Positions 48,709 through 58,729 are shown, counted from the first letter of the stretch. The stretch is DNA of 64,000 nucleotides from Lysobacterales bacterium (GCA_033791845.1 JASJFX010000095.1:21855-85854); one strand, 5' to 3'. A program made the numbers and translations. Notes: generated by a model not told the origin, from the letters alone.

Positions 48709-49590
48709 ATGACCATTATCTCGATATTGATTGCATTTATACTTTGCCACTTTGTGCGCGAATTGCGCCATTTGCGCCGCTTTGAATGGATCGTTTGGTA
48801 TACCAGTTTCTGCAACGACAAGTTTAAAAAATTGCCGGGCTGGTCAGGTCCCACCGGTTTCCTCATATTTATCGGTCTTCCGCTTCTCGCTGCCTACTTC
48901 ATTAACTACATTTTTTCTTCAGTCCTGGGTCATTTGGGCGAATTCATTGTTGCCATAGCCATACTGATTTACTCCTTTGGTCCACGCGACCTGGATATTG
49001 ATGTTCGCAGGGTTTTCACTGCAGACGATGACGAACAGCAAAAAGAGGCCCTGGAGAACCTGCTGGACGGACCAATACCTGGAGATGAAGTTGTCTGCCA
49101 GAATGTCGCAATAGACGCAGTTTTTCGCAAAGCCCTGAAACGCTGGTTCGGTATTATTTTCTGGTTTGCTGTTCTTGGCATTTACGGCGCCGTGCTTTAC
49201 CGGGTCGCGGTTTGGCTCAGTGGCGAAGACTGTGAGCTTTTTGATGAACAAAAAGACCTGATGACACGCCTGGTCAAAATCATGGAGTGGCCCGTTGCCC
49301 AGTTAATGACCCTTTCTCTTGCCATCGCAACAGATTTTGATTCAGTCTATTGCGCATGGAAGAAATACCACAACGAACGCGGCCACGGTCTGTTTGAAGG
49401 AAATAATGAGTTCATGCTCACCAGTGCACGAACCATTGTGAAATCCGGCCACGCGGAAAGAGATGGTTATGCAGACCAATTGGTAGGACCGATGGCAAGT
49501 ATCAAGCTGTCCATGGACCTGGTCTGGCGCTCCCTGGGCGTCTGGGCCACGGTACTTGCAATACTATTGCTGGTAAATGTGATCGCATGA
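48709..49590 (+). CDS. ampE: AmpE-like (CobD/CbiB-related) inner-membrane protein
   Basis: Its length, its TM layout and its N-terminus (MTIISILIAFILCHFVRELRHL) resemble E. coli AmpE. Confidence 0.55.
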   Translation: MTIISILIAFILCHFVRELRHLRRFEWIVWYTSFCNDKFKKLPGWSGPTGFLIFIGLPLLAAYFINYIFSSVLGHLGEFIVAIAILIYSFGPRDLDIDVRRVFTADDDEQQKEALENLLDGPIPGDEVVCQNVAIDAVFRKALKRWFGIIFWFAVLGIYGAVLYRVAVWLSGEDCELFDEQKDLMTRLVKIMEWPVAQLMTLSLAIATDFDSVYCAWKKYHNERGHGLFEGNNEFMLTSARTIVKSGHAERDGYADQLVGPMASIKLSMDLVWRSLGVWATVLAILLLVNVIA

Positions 49591-50498
49591 GCAAACGCTC
49601 GGCCCGGGTTGATATCGGCCGGATTTTATTCACCCTGGCTTTTTTTTTCGGCCTGGGCACAGCGCAGCCATCCTGTGCAGATATCACCTTATTGCAGGCC
49701 AATGGTGAAATCCTTAGCCTGCCCAAACCGGCCGGCCGCATCATTACCCTGGCACCCAATCTTGCCGAGCTGGTATTTGCCGCCGGTGCCGGTGAACAGC
49801 TTAAAGCAGTCGTTGAATACAGTAACTTCCCTGTGCAAGTCGCACAGATCCCGCGTGTTGGTGATGCATTCCGTATCGATCTCGAACGAATCATCGAACT
49901 GAACCCCGACCTGGTCATGGCCTGGAAATCGGGTAATCCTCAAACAGCCCTGCAAAAATTACAGCAACTCGGTATCACGGTTTGGCAAATTGAAATCACC
50001 AGGCCAGAAGAAATTGCCGATACCGTGGAAAACATATCCCGTGCCGCCGGCACCGAGAGGGTTGGTGAAGCCAAGGCGCTGCAAATGCGCAAGATGCTTG
50101 CCCATCTACAGCGGGTAAATGCGGATAAAGCCCGGGTGGATTACTTCTACCAGATCGCTCCGCGCCCGCTATACACCATCAACGGTCAACACATCATCAG
50201 CCGCAGCCTGGCAATATGCGGCGGTTATAATGTTTTCTCAGACCTGCCGGCGTTGGCACCCCAGATCAGCCGTGAATCGGTCATCATTGCGGATCCGCAG
50301 GTGATGTTTGGCCCGGAAACTTCGGGTGAACTACCCGCACTGGCCGCCTGGCAGGAATGGCCGCAATTACAAGCTGTTCAAAACCGGGCCATGTTATACC
50401 TGCCTGCTGACGAGATCAGCCAGGCAACACCACGTTTACTGGACAGCATCGAATTAGCCTGTAAGCTCCTGGATGAAGCACGTTTGACGCTCAAATAG
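49587..50498 (+). CDS. btuF: Periplasmic cobalamin/siderophore-type substrate-binding protein (BtuF-like)
   Basis: Signal peptide, then RIITLAPNLAELVFAAGAGEQLKAVVEYSNFP...IPRVGDAFRIDLERIIELNPDLVM. An ATGA overlap joins it to the ampE-like gene. Confidence 0.7.
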   Translation: MSKRSARVDIGRILFTLAFFFGLGTAQPSCADITLLQANGEILSLPKPAGRIITLAPNLAELVFAAGAGEQLKAVVEYSNFPVQVAQIPRVGDAFRIDLERIIELNPDLVMAWKSGNPQTALQKLQQLGITVWQIEITRPEEIADTVENISRAAGTERVGEAKALQMRKMLAHLQRVNADKARVDYFYQIAPRPLYTINGQHIISRSLAICGGYNVFSDLPALAPQISRESVIIADPQVMFGPETSGELPALAAWQEWPQLQAVQNRAMLYLPADEISQATPRLLDSIELACKLLDEARLTLK

Positions 50499-50510
50499 GT
50501 AAAAAGAAAA

Positions 50511-51719
50511 ATGACAACAAGCATAATTACATCCCCAGTTGGAGTCATGACCGTTCTCATTGCGGTCGTATCATTCTGGTTCTGGCTCGAACGCAGTACC
50601 CGTTGGAAAATATTTGAGTTTCTGCCCCCCCTGGTATTCATCTATGCCTCACCCGTGTTGCTATCGAACTCCGGTGTCATTCCATATGAAAGTGCAGCCT
50701 ATGATTTTCTTCGTCACTATGGCCTCCCGATATTCATCGTACTCATGCTCATCAAGGTGGATGTGGTCAGCGCCGTGCGCATCATGGGCAAAGGTGTTTT
50801 CGTGATGCTTCTGGGGAGCATCGGTGTGGTATTCGGTGGGGTCATGGCCTACAAGTTGGGGCAGGTATTGAGCTTTGGCGATTACTTTCCGTTGGCACCG
50901 GACAGTTGGCGTGCCTTTGGAACGCTGGCCGGAAGCTGGATCGGCGGTACCGGTAATATGACAGCCGCGTATGCAGGACTGGAAGGGACTCCTGCTGACC
51001 TGACCATGGCCGCAGCGGCTGATCAAATGGTCTACCTGATCTGGTTGCCCATTCTGCTGGGCAGCAAGTCATTCGCTGACAGGTTCAATCGTTGGGCCAG
51101 GGTGCCACACGGACGCCTGGAGGCCATGGAGAGTGCTGCGGCCAATTTCAAAAGCGTCGAAACCCCGCCCACCATGATCAGTTTGCTGTACCTCGGTTTG
51201 CTCGCCGTCGGTTTCACCTGGATTTCCCTGGGTTTGTCAGAGGTGTTACCACCCGTGGCTATTGGCGGGGCGACCGTTATTACGGCGGGAACCTGGCTGA
51301 TTCTGTTGGTTACAACAATGGCACTGCTGGCTTCCGTTACACCTGCGCGCAAGCTGCCGGCAGCACAACCCATTGCCATGGCCATTATCTATATTTACGT
51401 GGCAAGAGTGGGTGCCACCATGGATCTGAGTGTCGTGGACTGGGATAAAATGATCGGCTTTATTGCAATGGCTTATGTCTGGATCACGATACACGGCTTG
51501 TTCATTCTGACCGGGGCATGGATTTTCCGTGTTGATATACACACGGTGGCCATCGCGTCTGCAGCCAATATCGGTGGAGCAGCATCAGCACCCATCGTGG
51601 CCGCACATCACCGGGAAACACTGGTACCGGCTTCCATACTGATGGCCCTGATCGGTTACGCCCTGGGCAACTACCTGGCTATCCTGACCGGACGCATCGG
51701 ACAATTACTCAGCGGCTGA
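50511..51719 (+). CDS. Polytopic membrane protein (DUF819-like)
   Basis: About 11 predicted TM segments; the family assignment is from memory of the N-terminal pattern only. Confidence 0.5.
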   Translation: MTTSIITSPVGVMTVLIAVVSFWFWLERSTRWKIFEFLPPLVFIYASPVLLSNSGVIPYESAAYDFLRHYGLPIFIVLMLIKVDVVSAVRIMGKGVFVMLLGSIGVVFGGVMAYKLGQVLSFGDYFPLAPDSWRAFGTLAGSWIGGTGNMTAAYAGLEGTPADLTMAAAADQMVYLIWLPILLGSKSFADRFNRWARVPHGRLEAMESAAANFKSVETPPTMISLLYLGLLAVGFTWISLGLSEVLPPVAIGGATVITAGTWLILLVTTMALLASVTPARKLPAAQPIAMAIIYIYVARVGATMDLSVVDWDKMIGFIAMAYVWITIHGLFILTGAWIFRVDIHTVAIASAANIGGAASAPIVAAHHRETLVPASILMALIGYALGNYLAILTGRIGQLLSG

Positions 51720-51735
51720 TTCCCGGCTGTTTAGT

Positions 51736-52221
51736 TTAAAAGATAGATCCCAAGCCGCCACCATTCATATTCCATTGGAAAAAATTCAAGACCCAAAGAA
51801 ATATCAACCATGCTGCCAATGGCAGCATTAGGGTAGAAGCCTCCTGCTTTATCGGTCTGAATGTCCTGATCACGATCACAACCACTGGTATCCACAGGCT
51901 GATAACTCCCAGTGCCCAGCCTACACGTTCCAGGCCAAAAAACATCCAGGACCAGCAAATGCTCAACAACAATTGCAGGCCCCACCAGCCCAGCGCGACA
52001 CGCGCAAGGCCCCGCATTGCATCCCAGATCATCCAGGCAGAGACCGCCATCAACACATAAAGCACAGCCCAGGCCGAGGCCATTACCATCGCAGAAGGAC
52101 TCCAGGAGGGCTTGAGCATGAACTGATACCACTCACCGCCAACAAATTGCCCACCCACCGCTGCTGCGATGACGACCAATAATAAAAAGACTGCCAAAGA
52201 TACCAACCTGTGCATGATCAA
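51736..52221 (-). CDS. tspO: TspO/MBR tryptophan-rich sensory protein
   Basis: Five TM segments and a Trp-rich sequence: WYQFMLKPSWSPS...WAVLYVLMAVSAW...WWGLQLLLSICWSWMFF. Confidence 0.85.
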   Translation of the reverse strand: MIMHRLVSLAVFLLLVVIAAAVGGQFVGGEWYQFMLKPSWSPSAMVMASAWAVLYVLMAVSAWMIWDAMRGLARVALGWWGLQLLLSICWSWMFFGLERVGWALGVISLWIPVVVIVIRTFRPIKQEASTLMLPLAAWLIFLWVLNFFQWNMNGGGLGSIF

Positions 52222-52400
52222 TCCGTGCTGCTCAACCCAACGGCAATGCTACCCTAAACACAGGTGTAGATACACCAAATCACACTATTGGCAATAACTA
52301 TGGAAATGATCACAAAAAACAATTTTACCCAATAACGAAACAGGTCTATGCTTTGTAATGAGCCATCCCGGTTTTTCATGAATAATTGGAGAAAGTAACA

Positions 52401-52817
52401 ATGTCACTAAAAGGCAGTAAAACTGAACAAAACCTGAAAGATGCATTTGCCGGTGAGTCCCAGGCTAACAGACGCTATCTTTACTTCGCACAAAAAGCGG
52501 ATATTGAAGGCTACAACGACGTGGCAACGGTCTTCCGTTCAACCGCAGAAGGTGAGACCGGTCATGCACACGGCCATCTTGAGTACCTTGAAGAGACGGG
52601 CGATCCGGCAACCGGCCTACCCATTGGCCCCACTGGAGACAATCTCAAGGCAGCCATCGCAGGTGAAACACATGAGTACACGGACATGTACCCGGGCATG
52701 GCAAGTGCCGCACGTGATGAAGGCTTTGACGAAATCGCTGACTGGTTTGAAACACTGGGCAAAGCGGAACGCTCCCACGCCAATCGTTTTCAAAAAGCAC
52801 TGGATAACCTGGACTAA
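52401..52817 (+). CDS. Rubrerythrin-family diiron protein lacking the rubredoxin domain
   Basis: [23 protein letters not shown]...[11 protein letters not shown]...[14 protein letters not shown]...AERSHANRF contains two ExxH pairs. ATG behind GGAGAAAG. Confidence 0.85.
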   Translation: MSLKGSKTEQNLKDAFAGESQANRRYLYFAQKADIEGYNDVATVFRSTAEGETGHAHGHLEYLEETGDPATGLPIGPTGDNLKAAIAGETHEYTDMYPGMASAARDEGFDEIADWFETLGKAERSHANRFQKALDNLD

Positions 52818-52855
52818 CCACCACCGGTTAGAGCGCCCCAATTGTCTGTTATAAA

Positions 52856-52879
52856 GGGGCGCCTTTGCGCCCTTTTTTT
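52856..52879 (+). terminator. Rho-independent terminator after the rubrerythrin gene
   Basis: GGGCGC-CTTT-GCGCCC followed by TTTTTTT. Confidence 0.65.
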
Positions 52880-52914
52880 GTCCTGCTTAGTGTAGTGAAC
52901 CGGAGACATCAAAG

Positions 52915-54261
52915 ATGAACAAGTCGCCAACACAGCCACGTGAAGGCAGCCTCGATGCGCCAACCCGGCATCCGCTGAACTGGAAAAAGCCCGAGTTTTA
53001 TAGCGAATCTGAATTATTTGAAGAGCTGGAACGGGTATACGATATTTGCCACGGTTGCAGGCGTTGTGTTTCCCTTTGTGATGCTTTCCCTACCCTGTTC
53101 GACCTGGTTGATGAATCCGAAACTTTCGAGGTCGATGGCGTAGCAAAGAATGATTACTGGAAGGTGGTTGACGAATGTTACCTCTGTGACCTGTGCTACC
53201 AGGTCAAATGTCCTTATGTTCCACCACATGAATGGAACATTGACTTCCCCCACCTGATGCTAAGGGCCAAGGCAATACAGTTCCGGAAAGGTGAACGTAA
53301 AATCAGTCACAAGCTGATCAGCAGTACCGATATGGCCGGTAAAATCTCGAGCATTCCAATCATCAATCAAACGGTAAACGCAGCAAAAAACAGTCCGGTC
53401 ATGCGTAAGGCCGCATCCAGGTTGCTGGATATCCATCCACAGGCCCACCTGCCTGATTTTCACCGGAACACGCTCAGAAAACGACTCAAAAACCACCAGG
53501 CAAAAGGCATGCGGGCAATTGAAGCCGGTCCGACCCGTGGCCGCGTAGCCCTGTTTGCCACCTGTTATTGCAATTTCAATGAGCCGGGCATCGGTGAAGA
53601 TCTGGTTGCCGTATTTGAACACAACGGTATACCTGTCGAGTTGACAGAAAAGGAATCATGCTGCGGTATGCCAAAACTGGAACAGGGTGATCTTGAGACT
53701 GTCAATAAACTCCGGCAGAAAAACATCCCGCAACTGGTCAGGCTGATCGACGAAGGTTTGGATATCGTGGCTGCGGTGCCATCCTGTGTTTTGATGTTCA
53801 AACAGGAATTGCCGTTATTGTTTCCTGATGATGAAGATGTTCTAAAGGTCAAAAGGCATATTTTTGACCCATTTGAATATCTGCTACACCGTCACAAAGC
53901 CGAATTGCTGAGTACGGAGTTTCGGCAGGGTCTGGGTACCGTTGCCTGGCACGTTCCCTGTCACCAGCGGGTTCAGAACATTGGTCCGAAAACCAAACAG
54001 GTGCTGTCACTGATACCGGGCACGGAGATCAACGCCATTGAACGGTGTTCGGGTCATGACGGTACCTATGGTGTACGTAATGATACCTGGGCCAAATCCC
54101 AGAAAATCGCCCGCCCGGTCATTAACCGCGCCAAGAAAATGGAAGCCGATTACCTGGTATCCGACTGCCCCATGGCGGCCACCCAGATTGCCGATGGACT
54201 CGATCTGAAAAATAGTGAAACAAACCCCATGTCCCTGTTAAGAAAAGCCTACGGAATATAA
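52915..54261 (+). CDS. (Fe-S)-binding oxidoreductase with two 4Fe-4S ferredoxin motifs and two CCG domains (HdrD/GlcF/GlpC-like)
   Basis: CHGCRRCVSLCD and CYLCDLCYQVKCPY, with CCG-type segments ATCYCNF...CCGMP and VPCHQ...CSGHDG...SDCPMA. Confidence 0.8.
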   Translation: MNKSPTQPREGSLDAPTRHPLNWKKPEFYSESELFEELERVYDICHGCRRCVSLCDAFPTLFDLVDESETFEVDGVAKNDYWKVVDECYLCDLCYQVKCPYVPPHEWNIDFPHLMLRAKAIQFRKGERKISHKLISSTDMAGKISSIPIINQTVNAAKNSPVMRKAASRLLDIHPQAHLPDFHRNTLRKRLKNHQAKGMRAIEAGPTRGRVALFATCYCNFNEPGIGEDLVAVFEHNGIPVELTEKESCCGMPKLEQGDLETVNKLRQKNIPQLVRLIDEGLDIVAAVPSCVLMFKQELPLLFPDDEDVLKVKRHIFDPFEYLLHRHKAELLSTEFRQGLGTVAWHVPCHQRVQNIGPKTKQVLSLIPGTEINAIERCSGHDGTYGVRNDTWAKSQKIARPVINRAKKMEADYLVSDCPMAATQIADGLDLKNSETNPMSLLRKAYGI

Positions 54262-54263
54262 AT

Positions 54264-54848
54264 ATGGCCGCACCATTAAAACGATCAGACCTGATGAGTC
54301 TGGAGCAGTATTCGCAGCAGCGCAGCGAATTTCGCAGCAAGGTGATCGCACACAAGAAACACCGGCGCGTGGGTATAGGCCCGCACTTGTTCCTGTACTT
54401 TGAAGACCGCCTGACCATACAGTACCAGGTCCAGGAAATGCTACGAATCGAGAAGATTTTCGAAACCGACGGCATCGAAGAAGAACTCTCCGCTTATAAC
54501 CCCCTGATACCGGATGGACAAAACCTGAAAGCAACAGCAATGCTCGAGTACCAGGATGTCGATGAGCGTAAACAACAACTTGCCCTGCTCAGGGGTATTG
54601 AGGACCTGGTGTGGATCCAGGTTGGCGATTTTGACCCCGTCTATGCCATCTCCAATGAAGACCTTGAGCGTAGCAATGCAGAGAAGACTTCGGCCGTGCA
54701 CTTTATGCGTTTTGAACTGGCACCGGATATGATCGCTGCCCTGCGTGGCGGTGCAGCCCTCAATATGGGATCAAACCACGAATCCTACCGCCATAGCACC
54801 GATGTCGAACAACCAGTACTTAAAGCCTTGTTGGCCGATTTAGACTGA
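54264..54848 (+). CDS. DUF3501-like protein of unknown function
   Basis: 194 aa, starting 2 nt after the FeS protein's stop. The family name is recalled from similar rubrerythrin/FeS neighbourhoods and has not been verified. Confidence 0.5.
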   Translation: MAAPLKRSDLMSLEQYSQQRSEFRSKVIAHKKHRRVGIGPHLFLYFEDRLTIQYQVQEMLRIEKIFETDGIEEELSAYNPLIPDGQNLKATAMLEYQDVDERKQQLALLRGIEDLVWIQVGDFDPVYAISNEDLERSNAEKTSAVHFMRFELAPDMIAALRGGAALNMGSNHESYRHSTDVEQPVLKALLADLD

Positions 54849-54859
54849 TCATCGTAGGG

Positions 54860-55167
54860 TGGGTAACTCGTTACCCATGCGTATTTCCTAAGCTGAATGC
54901 CAACTGCGATAGCCCTACACAACTGATGGCGAAAAGCTGTCTCTCATGATTTTGGGAGGGGGCGCTGGGGTGCAGTACCTTACTTCAGGACCTTACGAGA
55001 CATGGATGTCGAGGATGAGCGCCCATGGATGGTTTACAGCGCGTCCTGAAGTAAGGTACTGCGCGGCCTCGGCGCCTCTGCAAACAGTTGAAAAAACTCA
55101 AACTTGGCATGAGTCAAATAAGTATCTCTAAGATAGAATGCTAATGGTGCGTAACGAGTTACGCACC
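54860..55167. repeat. Nested inverted-repeat element (MITE-like or structured RNA)
   Basis: Terminal hairpins TGGGTAAC-TC-GTTACCCA (54860-54877) and GGTGCGTAAC-GA-GTTACGCACC (55146-55167) are inverted copies of each other with compensatory stem changes. Between them is a perfect 20-bp inverted repeat, GCAGTACCTTACTTCAGGAC (54972-54991) / GTCCTGAAGTAAGGTACTGC (55043-55062). Confidence 0.6.
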
Positions 55168-55245
55168 GTACGGAAAGTACAGCAATACCGAAGAAGCCCA
55201 TCTTTGATACCCTAATAGGATTATTGACACTCAGGAAACGCCATC

Positions 55246-56406
55246 ATGAAACGCTTGATATTCGATGAAGATCACGAAATGTTCCGCGATGGTGTCAGTC
55301 GTTTCATGCAGTCAGAAATAGAGCCGCATGTTGAAAAATGGCGCGATGAAGGGTGTTGTGACCCACTCGCCTTTCAGAAGGCCGGTGAACAGGGGCTTCT
55401 CTGTATGTGGGCCGATGAGAAATATGGCGGTCTGGGTATTGAGGATTTCCGTTTTGAACAGATCGTAATCGAAGAAACGATTCGCCACGGCGATATCAGC
55501 CTGTTTCTGTCATTACACAGCCGCCTGGTCGGACCCTATATCGGCCGGCTGGGCAGTGAAGAACTCAAAGCTCGTTTGCTGCCCAAATGTATCAGCGGCG
55601 AATCAATCCTCGGTATTGCCATGACAGAACCCAATGCAGGTAGCGACCTGGCGGGTATCAAATCCAAGGCGACCCGCGATGGTGATGACTGGATTCTGAA
55701 CGGGTCCAAGACTTATATCTCCAACGGCATCAATGGCACTGCCTTTGTCGTTGCTGCCAGGACAGTTCCGGACAAACCACACGGTATCGGTTTGTTTGTC
55801 GTCGAAAGCGACATGGAAGGATTCAGCCGTGGCCGTAACCTGAAGAAAATGGGACTCAAGGCCCAGGATACTGCTGAGTTGTTTTTTGAAAACGTGCGGG
55901 TACCAGCCGAAAACGTATTGGGTGACCCGGAAAAAGGTTTTTATAGCCTTATGCATCACCTGGCTGAAGAACGTCTGATCAGTGCTTGCCAGGAAATCGC
56001 CCATGCACAGGTCGCCTTTGATATAACCATGGACTATATACTTGAGCGCAAGGTATTTGGAAAGCCGATCGGCGCCTTTCAGAACAGTCGCTTCAAGATG
56101 GCCGAGATGCGCACCTCGCTGGATATCCTGCAAACCTTTATTGATCAGTGCGTACTGTTACACAACCAGGGAGAGTTGAGTGCGCATCTGGCGGCTGAAG
56201 CCAAGCTCAATGCCAGTGAACTTGAATCAACGGTGATGGATAACTGCGTACAGCTTCACGGTGGATCAGGCTACATGAGCGAATACCGGATCTCGCATAT
56301 GTTTACCGACGCACGCGTATCGCGTATCTATGCCGGTAGCTCGGAAATCATGAAGGAAATCATTGCCCGCAGTATCGGTCTCGATGAGCGTAAACTGTCA
56401 GGCTGA
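55246..56406 (+). CDS. Acyl-CoA dehydrogenase
   Basis: GIAMTEPNAGSDLAGIKSKA...WILNGSKTYISNG...QLHGGSGYMSEYRISHMFTDARVSRIYAGSSEIM. Confidence 0.88.
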   Translation: MKRLIFDEDHEMFRDGVSRFMQSEIEPHVEKWRDEGCCDPLAFQKAGEQGLLCMWADEKYGGLGIEDFRFEQIVIEETIRHGDISLFLSLHSRLVGPYIGRLGSEELKARLLPKCISGESILGIAMTEPNAGSDLAGIKSKATRDGDDWILNGSKTYISNGINGTAFVVAARTVPDKPHGIGLFVVESDMEGFSRGRNLKKMGLKAQDTAELFFENVRVPAENVLGDPEKGFYSLMHHLAEERLISACQEIAHAQVAFDITMDYILERKVFGKPIGAFQNSRFKMAEMRTSLDILQTFIDQCVLLHNQGELSAHLAAEAKLNASELESTVMDNCVQLHGGSGYMSEYRISHMFTDARVSRIYAGSSEIMKEIIARSIGLDERKLSG

Positions 56407-56439
56407 GAAGCAACTCATTCCCGGAAAGCGGGATTGACT

Positions 56440-57231
56440 TTAAAGAACCCCGGTGACAAGGGCCAGGCCCACACCGAACAGCAACACACCCACCAGTGTC
56501 TGAATACTGGTCATGGTGACTTTGTGCAGATAGCGCTTGCCCAACAAAACACCACAAAAGGCGGAAACGGCACCGGTCAAAACCAATGGCCATCCGCTGA
56601 ACTCGCTGATATGGCCGCCGGCAGCGGTAAACAGTGCCACATACACGGAGATACGTGTCAGATCGACAAGAAAACCGATGACTGCATTGCTACCGATAAA
56701 TCGCTCTGTGGTCAAACCGGTCTTGGCAAGGAAGGCGGATCTTAATGCGCCCTGGTGTCCCGAAAGACCTCCGAAAAATCCGGACAGGACACCACCCAAT
56801 GACAGGTAACGCCGTTCAAATTTCATAGAGCGGAAACGCGGCAGCAACTCAAATAGGGCAAAACCGATCATCATCAGGCCTATAACCAGTTTGACCGGTG
56901 TAATCCTGAAAAGAGCGTCTTCATTAACCTCGATGGTGAGGGCTGATTCTGATTGGGCGAACCACCCAAGAGCCAGGGCGCCGAGAACCGCCGCCGCAAT
57001 TGCAGGCAGGCCGAATTTCAACACCACTTCCCGGTCCGCATGCCGGCCCAGTAAAGACACCTTGAATACATTATTGGCCCCATGTACGAGTGCCGTGGCA
57101 ACCACGGCCATTTCAGCCGGGAACAGCAAGGCAAAAACTGGCAGCAACATCGTTCCCAGGCCAAAGCCTGAATACAGGGTCAGCCCGGCAGCGATTAAAG
57201 CAGTCAAAGCAACGATCAGATAGGCAGTCAT
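56440..57231 (-). CDS. TauE/SafE family sulfite/anion exporter
   Basis: From the internal Met: MTAYLIVALTALIAAGLTLYSGFGLGTMLLPVFALLF. About 8 TM segments, with the duplicated TauE pattern (GGLSGHQGALRSAF). Confidence 0.8.
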   Translation of the reverse strand: MTAYLIVALTALIAAGLTLYSGFGLGTMLLPVFALLFPAEMAVVATALVHGANNVFKVSLLGRHADREVVLKFGLPAIAAAVLGALALGWFAQSESALTIEVNEDALFRITPVKLVIGLMMIGFALFELLPRFRSMKFERRYLSLGGVLSGFFGGLSGHQGALRSAFLAKTGLTTERFIGSNAVIGFLVDLTRISVYVALFTAAGGHISEFSGWPLVLTGAVSAFCGVLLGKRYLHKVTMTSIQTLVGVLLFGVGLALVTGVL

Positions 57232-57392
57232 GGGTTCAGGTATCGGGAACAACTGAAAAAGGTGATGCAATCTCACCGAGGAACAAACCGGTGAAAATGC
57301 CAAGAAACAAGCCAGTCAGTATCTTAAGGGTAAAACTCATCCTTTATCATTTTCCGGGAAGGCGTCAGAGTTTACTCATGACTGGCGTTCCA

Positions 57393-58616
57393 TCAACCCC
57401 TGTTTTTCCGGGCGTAAGCCTCGACTTCAGCCCAGACCCTCATCAGGTTACCACCCAAAATCTTGGCAATGTCGCTTTCTGAATAACCCCGGCGCAAGAA
57501 CTCGGCGACCAGGTTCGGATATTGGGAAACATCTTTCAGGCCAACGGGCAGGCTGTCACCCACACCATCGTAATCAGAACCGATGCCAACATAGTCAACA
57601 CCTGCGAGTTTGATGACATGGTCAAAGTGATCCACGACCTGCGCCATCGTGGCATAGGGGTAGGGCTGACGGGCACGGTAGTCATCACTGTATTGTTTGG
57701 CTTCTTCCCCATCCTCTTCAAAGCCGTTTTCTTTTAACCAGGCTGTCCGCTCTGCCCACATTTTTGTTGAATAGGCATTGGCTTCCGCGGTCAGAAATCC
57801 CGAACCCCAATTAATCTGAATAACACCACCGTTCTTCGCCAGCGCGACGATCATTTCATCACTCATATTACGTTCGAAATCGGGCGTGAATTTGCGTGCG
57901 GATGAATGCGATGCGATTACCGGTACTTTTGTAACCTCCAATGTCTGCCAGAACGCATCATCGGAGACGTGGGAAATATCCACCATGATGCCAACACGAT
58001 TCATCTCGGTGATTACCTCTTTGCCAAATGGACTCAAGCCGCCCCAGGGGTGTTCCTTGTCATAGGATGAATCAGAAATTTGATTGCTGAGTCCGTGAGT
58101 CAGGGTAATGTAAGAGATGCCCCGATCAGCAAAAAACTGAACGTTTTCGATCTTGTGATCGATAGGAGAACCATTCTCCATCCCCATGGCCAGTCCGACC
58201 CGGCCGGTTTCCATGGCCTTTTTCGCGTCAGCTACCGTATAGACCAGCATAAATTTATCCGGTGCGCGTGCGGCGATGGCTTCCACCGAATCGATCAACT
58301 GATTGGCCAGTTCAAAACTACCGCCTTCCTTTTCCATTTCTGCCGGTGTGTAGATAGACATGAACGGCAGGTCCAAGCCTCCTTTAACTGCCCGTGGATA
58401 ATCGAACTGCCCGTCCGGTGCCAAAACGGTGACATCCACCCAACCGGAATGCAGGCGGTATGGCACATCAATGTGGGTATCGGTCAGTAGATATTTGTGG
58501 GCGATCTGTGATGCCTGTTCGTCTATTGAAGGCTGATCTGACCACGCGTTGGTAACCACCAGCGGCAGGCAAAAAGTCATCACTATCAGTTTCAGGCCTG
58601 GTGTTCTTATTTTCAT
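57393..58616 (-). CDS. Secreted membrane dipeptidase (peptidase M19)
   Basis: Signal peptide, then DTHIDVPYRL, LTHGLSNQISDS, VDISHVSDDAFW, ASHSSARKF and GIGSDYDG. Confidence 0.85.
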   Translation of the reverse strand: MKIRTPGLKLIVMTFCLPLVVTNAWSDQPSIDEQASQIAHKYLLTDTHIDVPYRLHSGWVDVTVLAPDGQFDYPRAVKGGLDLPFMSIYTPAEMEKEGGSFELANQLIDSVEAIAARAPDKFMLVYTVADAKKAMETGRVGLAMGMENGSPIDHKIENVQFFADRGISYITLTHGLSNQISDSSYDKEHPWGGLSPFGKEVITEMNRVGIMVDISHVSDDAFWQTLEVTKVPVIASHSSARKFTPDFERNMSDEMIVALAKNGGVIQINWGSGFLTAEANAYSTKMWAERTAWLKENGFEEDGEEAKQYSDDYRARQPYPYATMAQVVDHFDHVIKLAGVDYVGIGSDYDGVGDSLPVGLKDVSQYPNLVAEFLRRGYSESDIAKILGGNLMRVWAEVEAYARKNRG

Positions 58617-58729
58617 TCTAAATCGTCTCCTGACAAATTCTCATACCACCTTCATACAGTGGTCCTGCTAAAAACCTGTGAAATCCGTGAAGCCGGTGGA
58701 CACTCCCTCTGCAGGGAAAATGAAACGGC

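Noticed and set aside
54946-55131. 61-aa ORF in the DUF3501 / acyl-CoA dehydrogenase intergenic region
   Set aside because: It reads straight through both arms of the 20-bp perfect inverted repeat, has no Shine-Dalgarno sequence, and is better explained by the nested repeat element.
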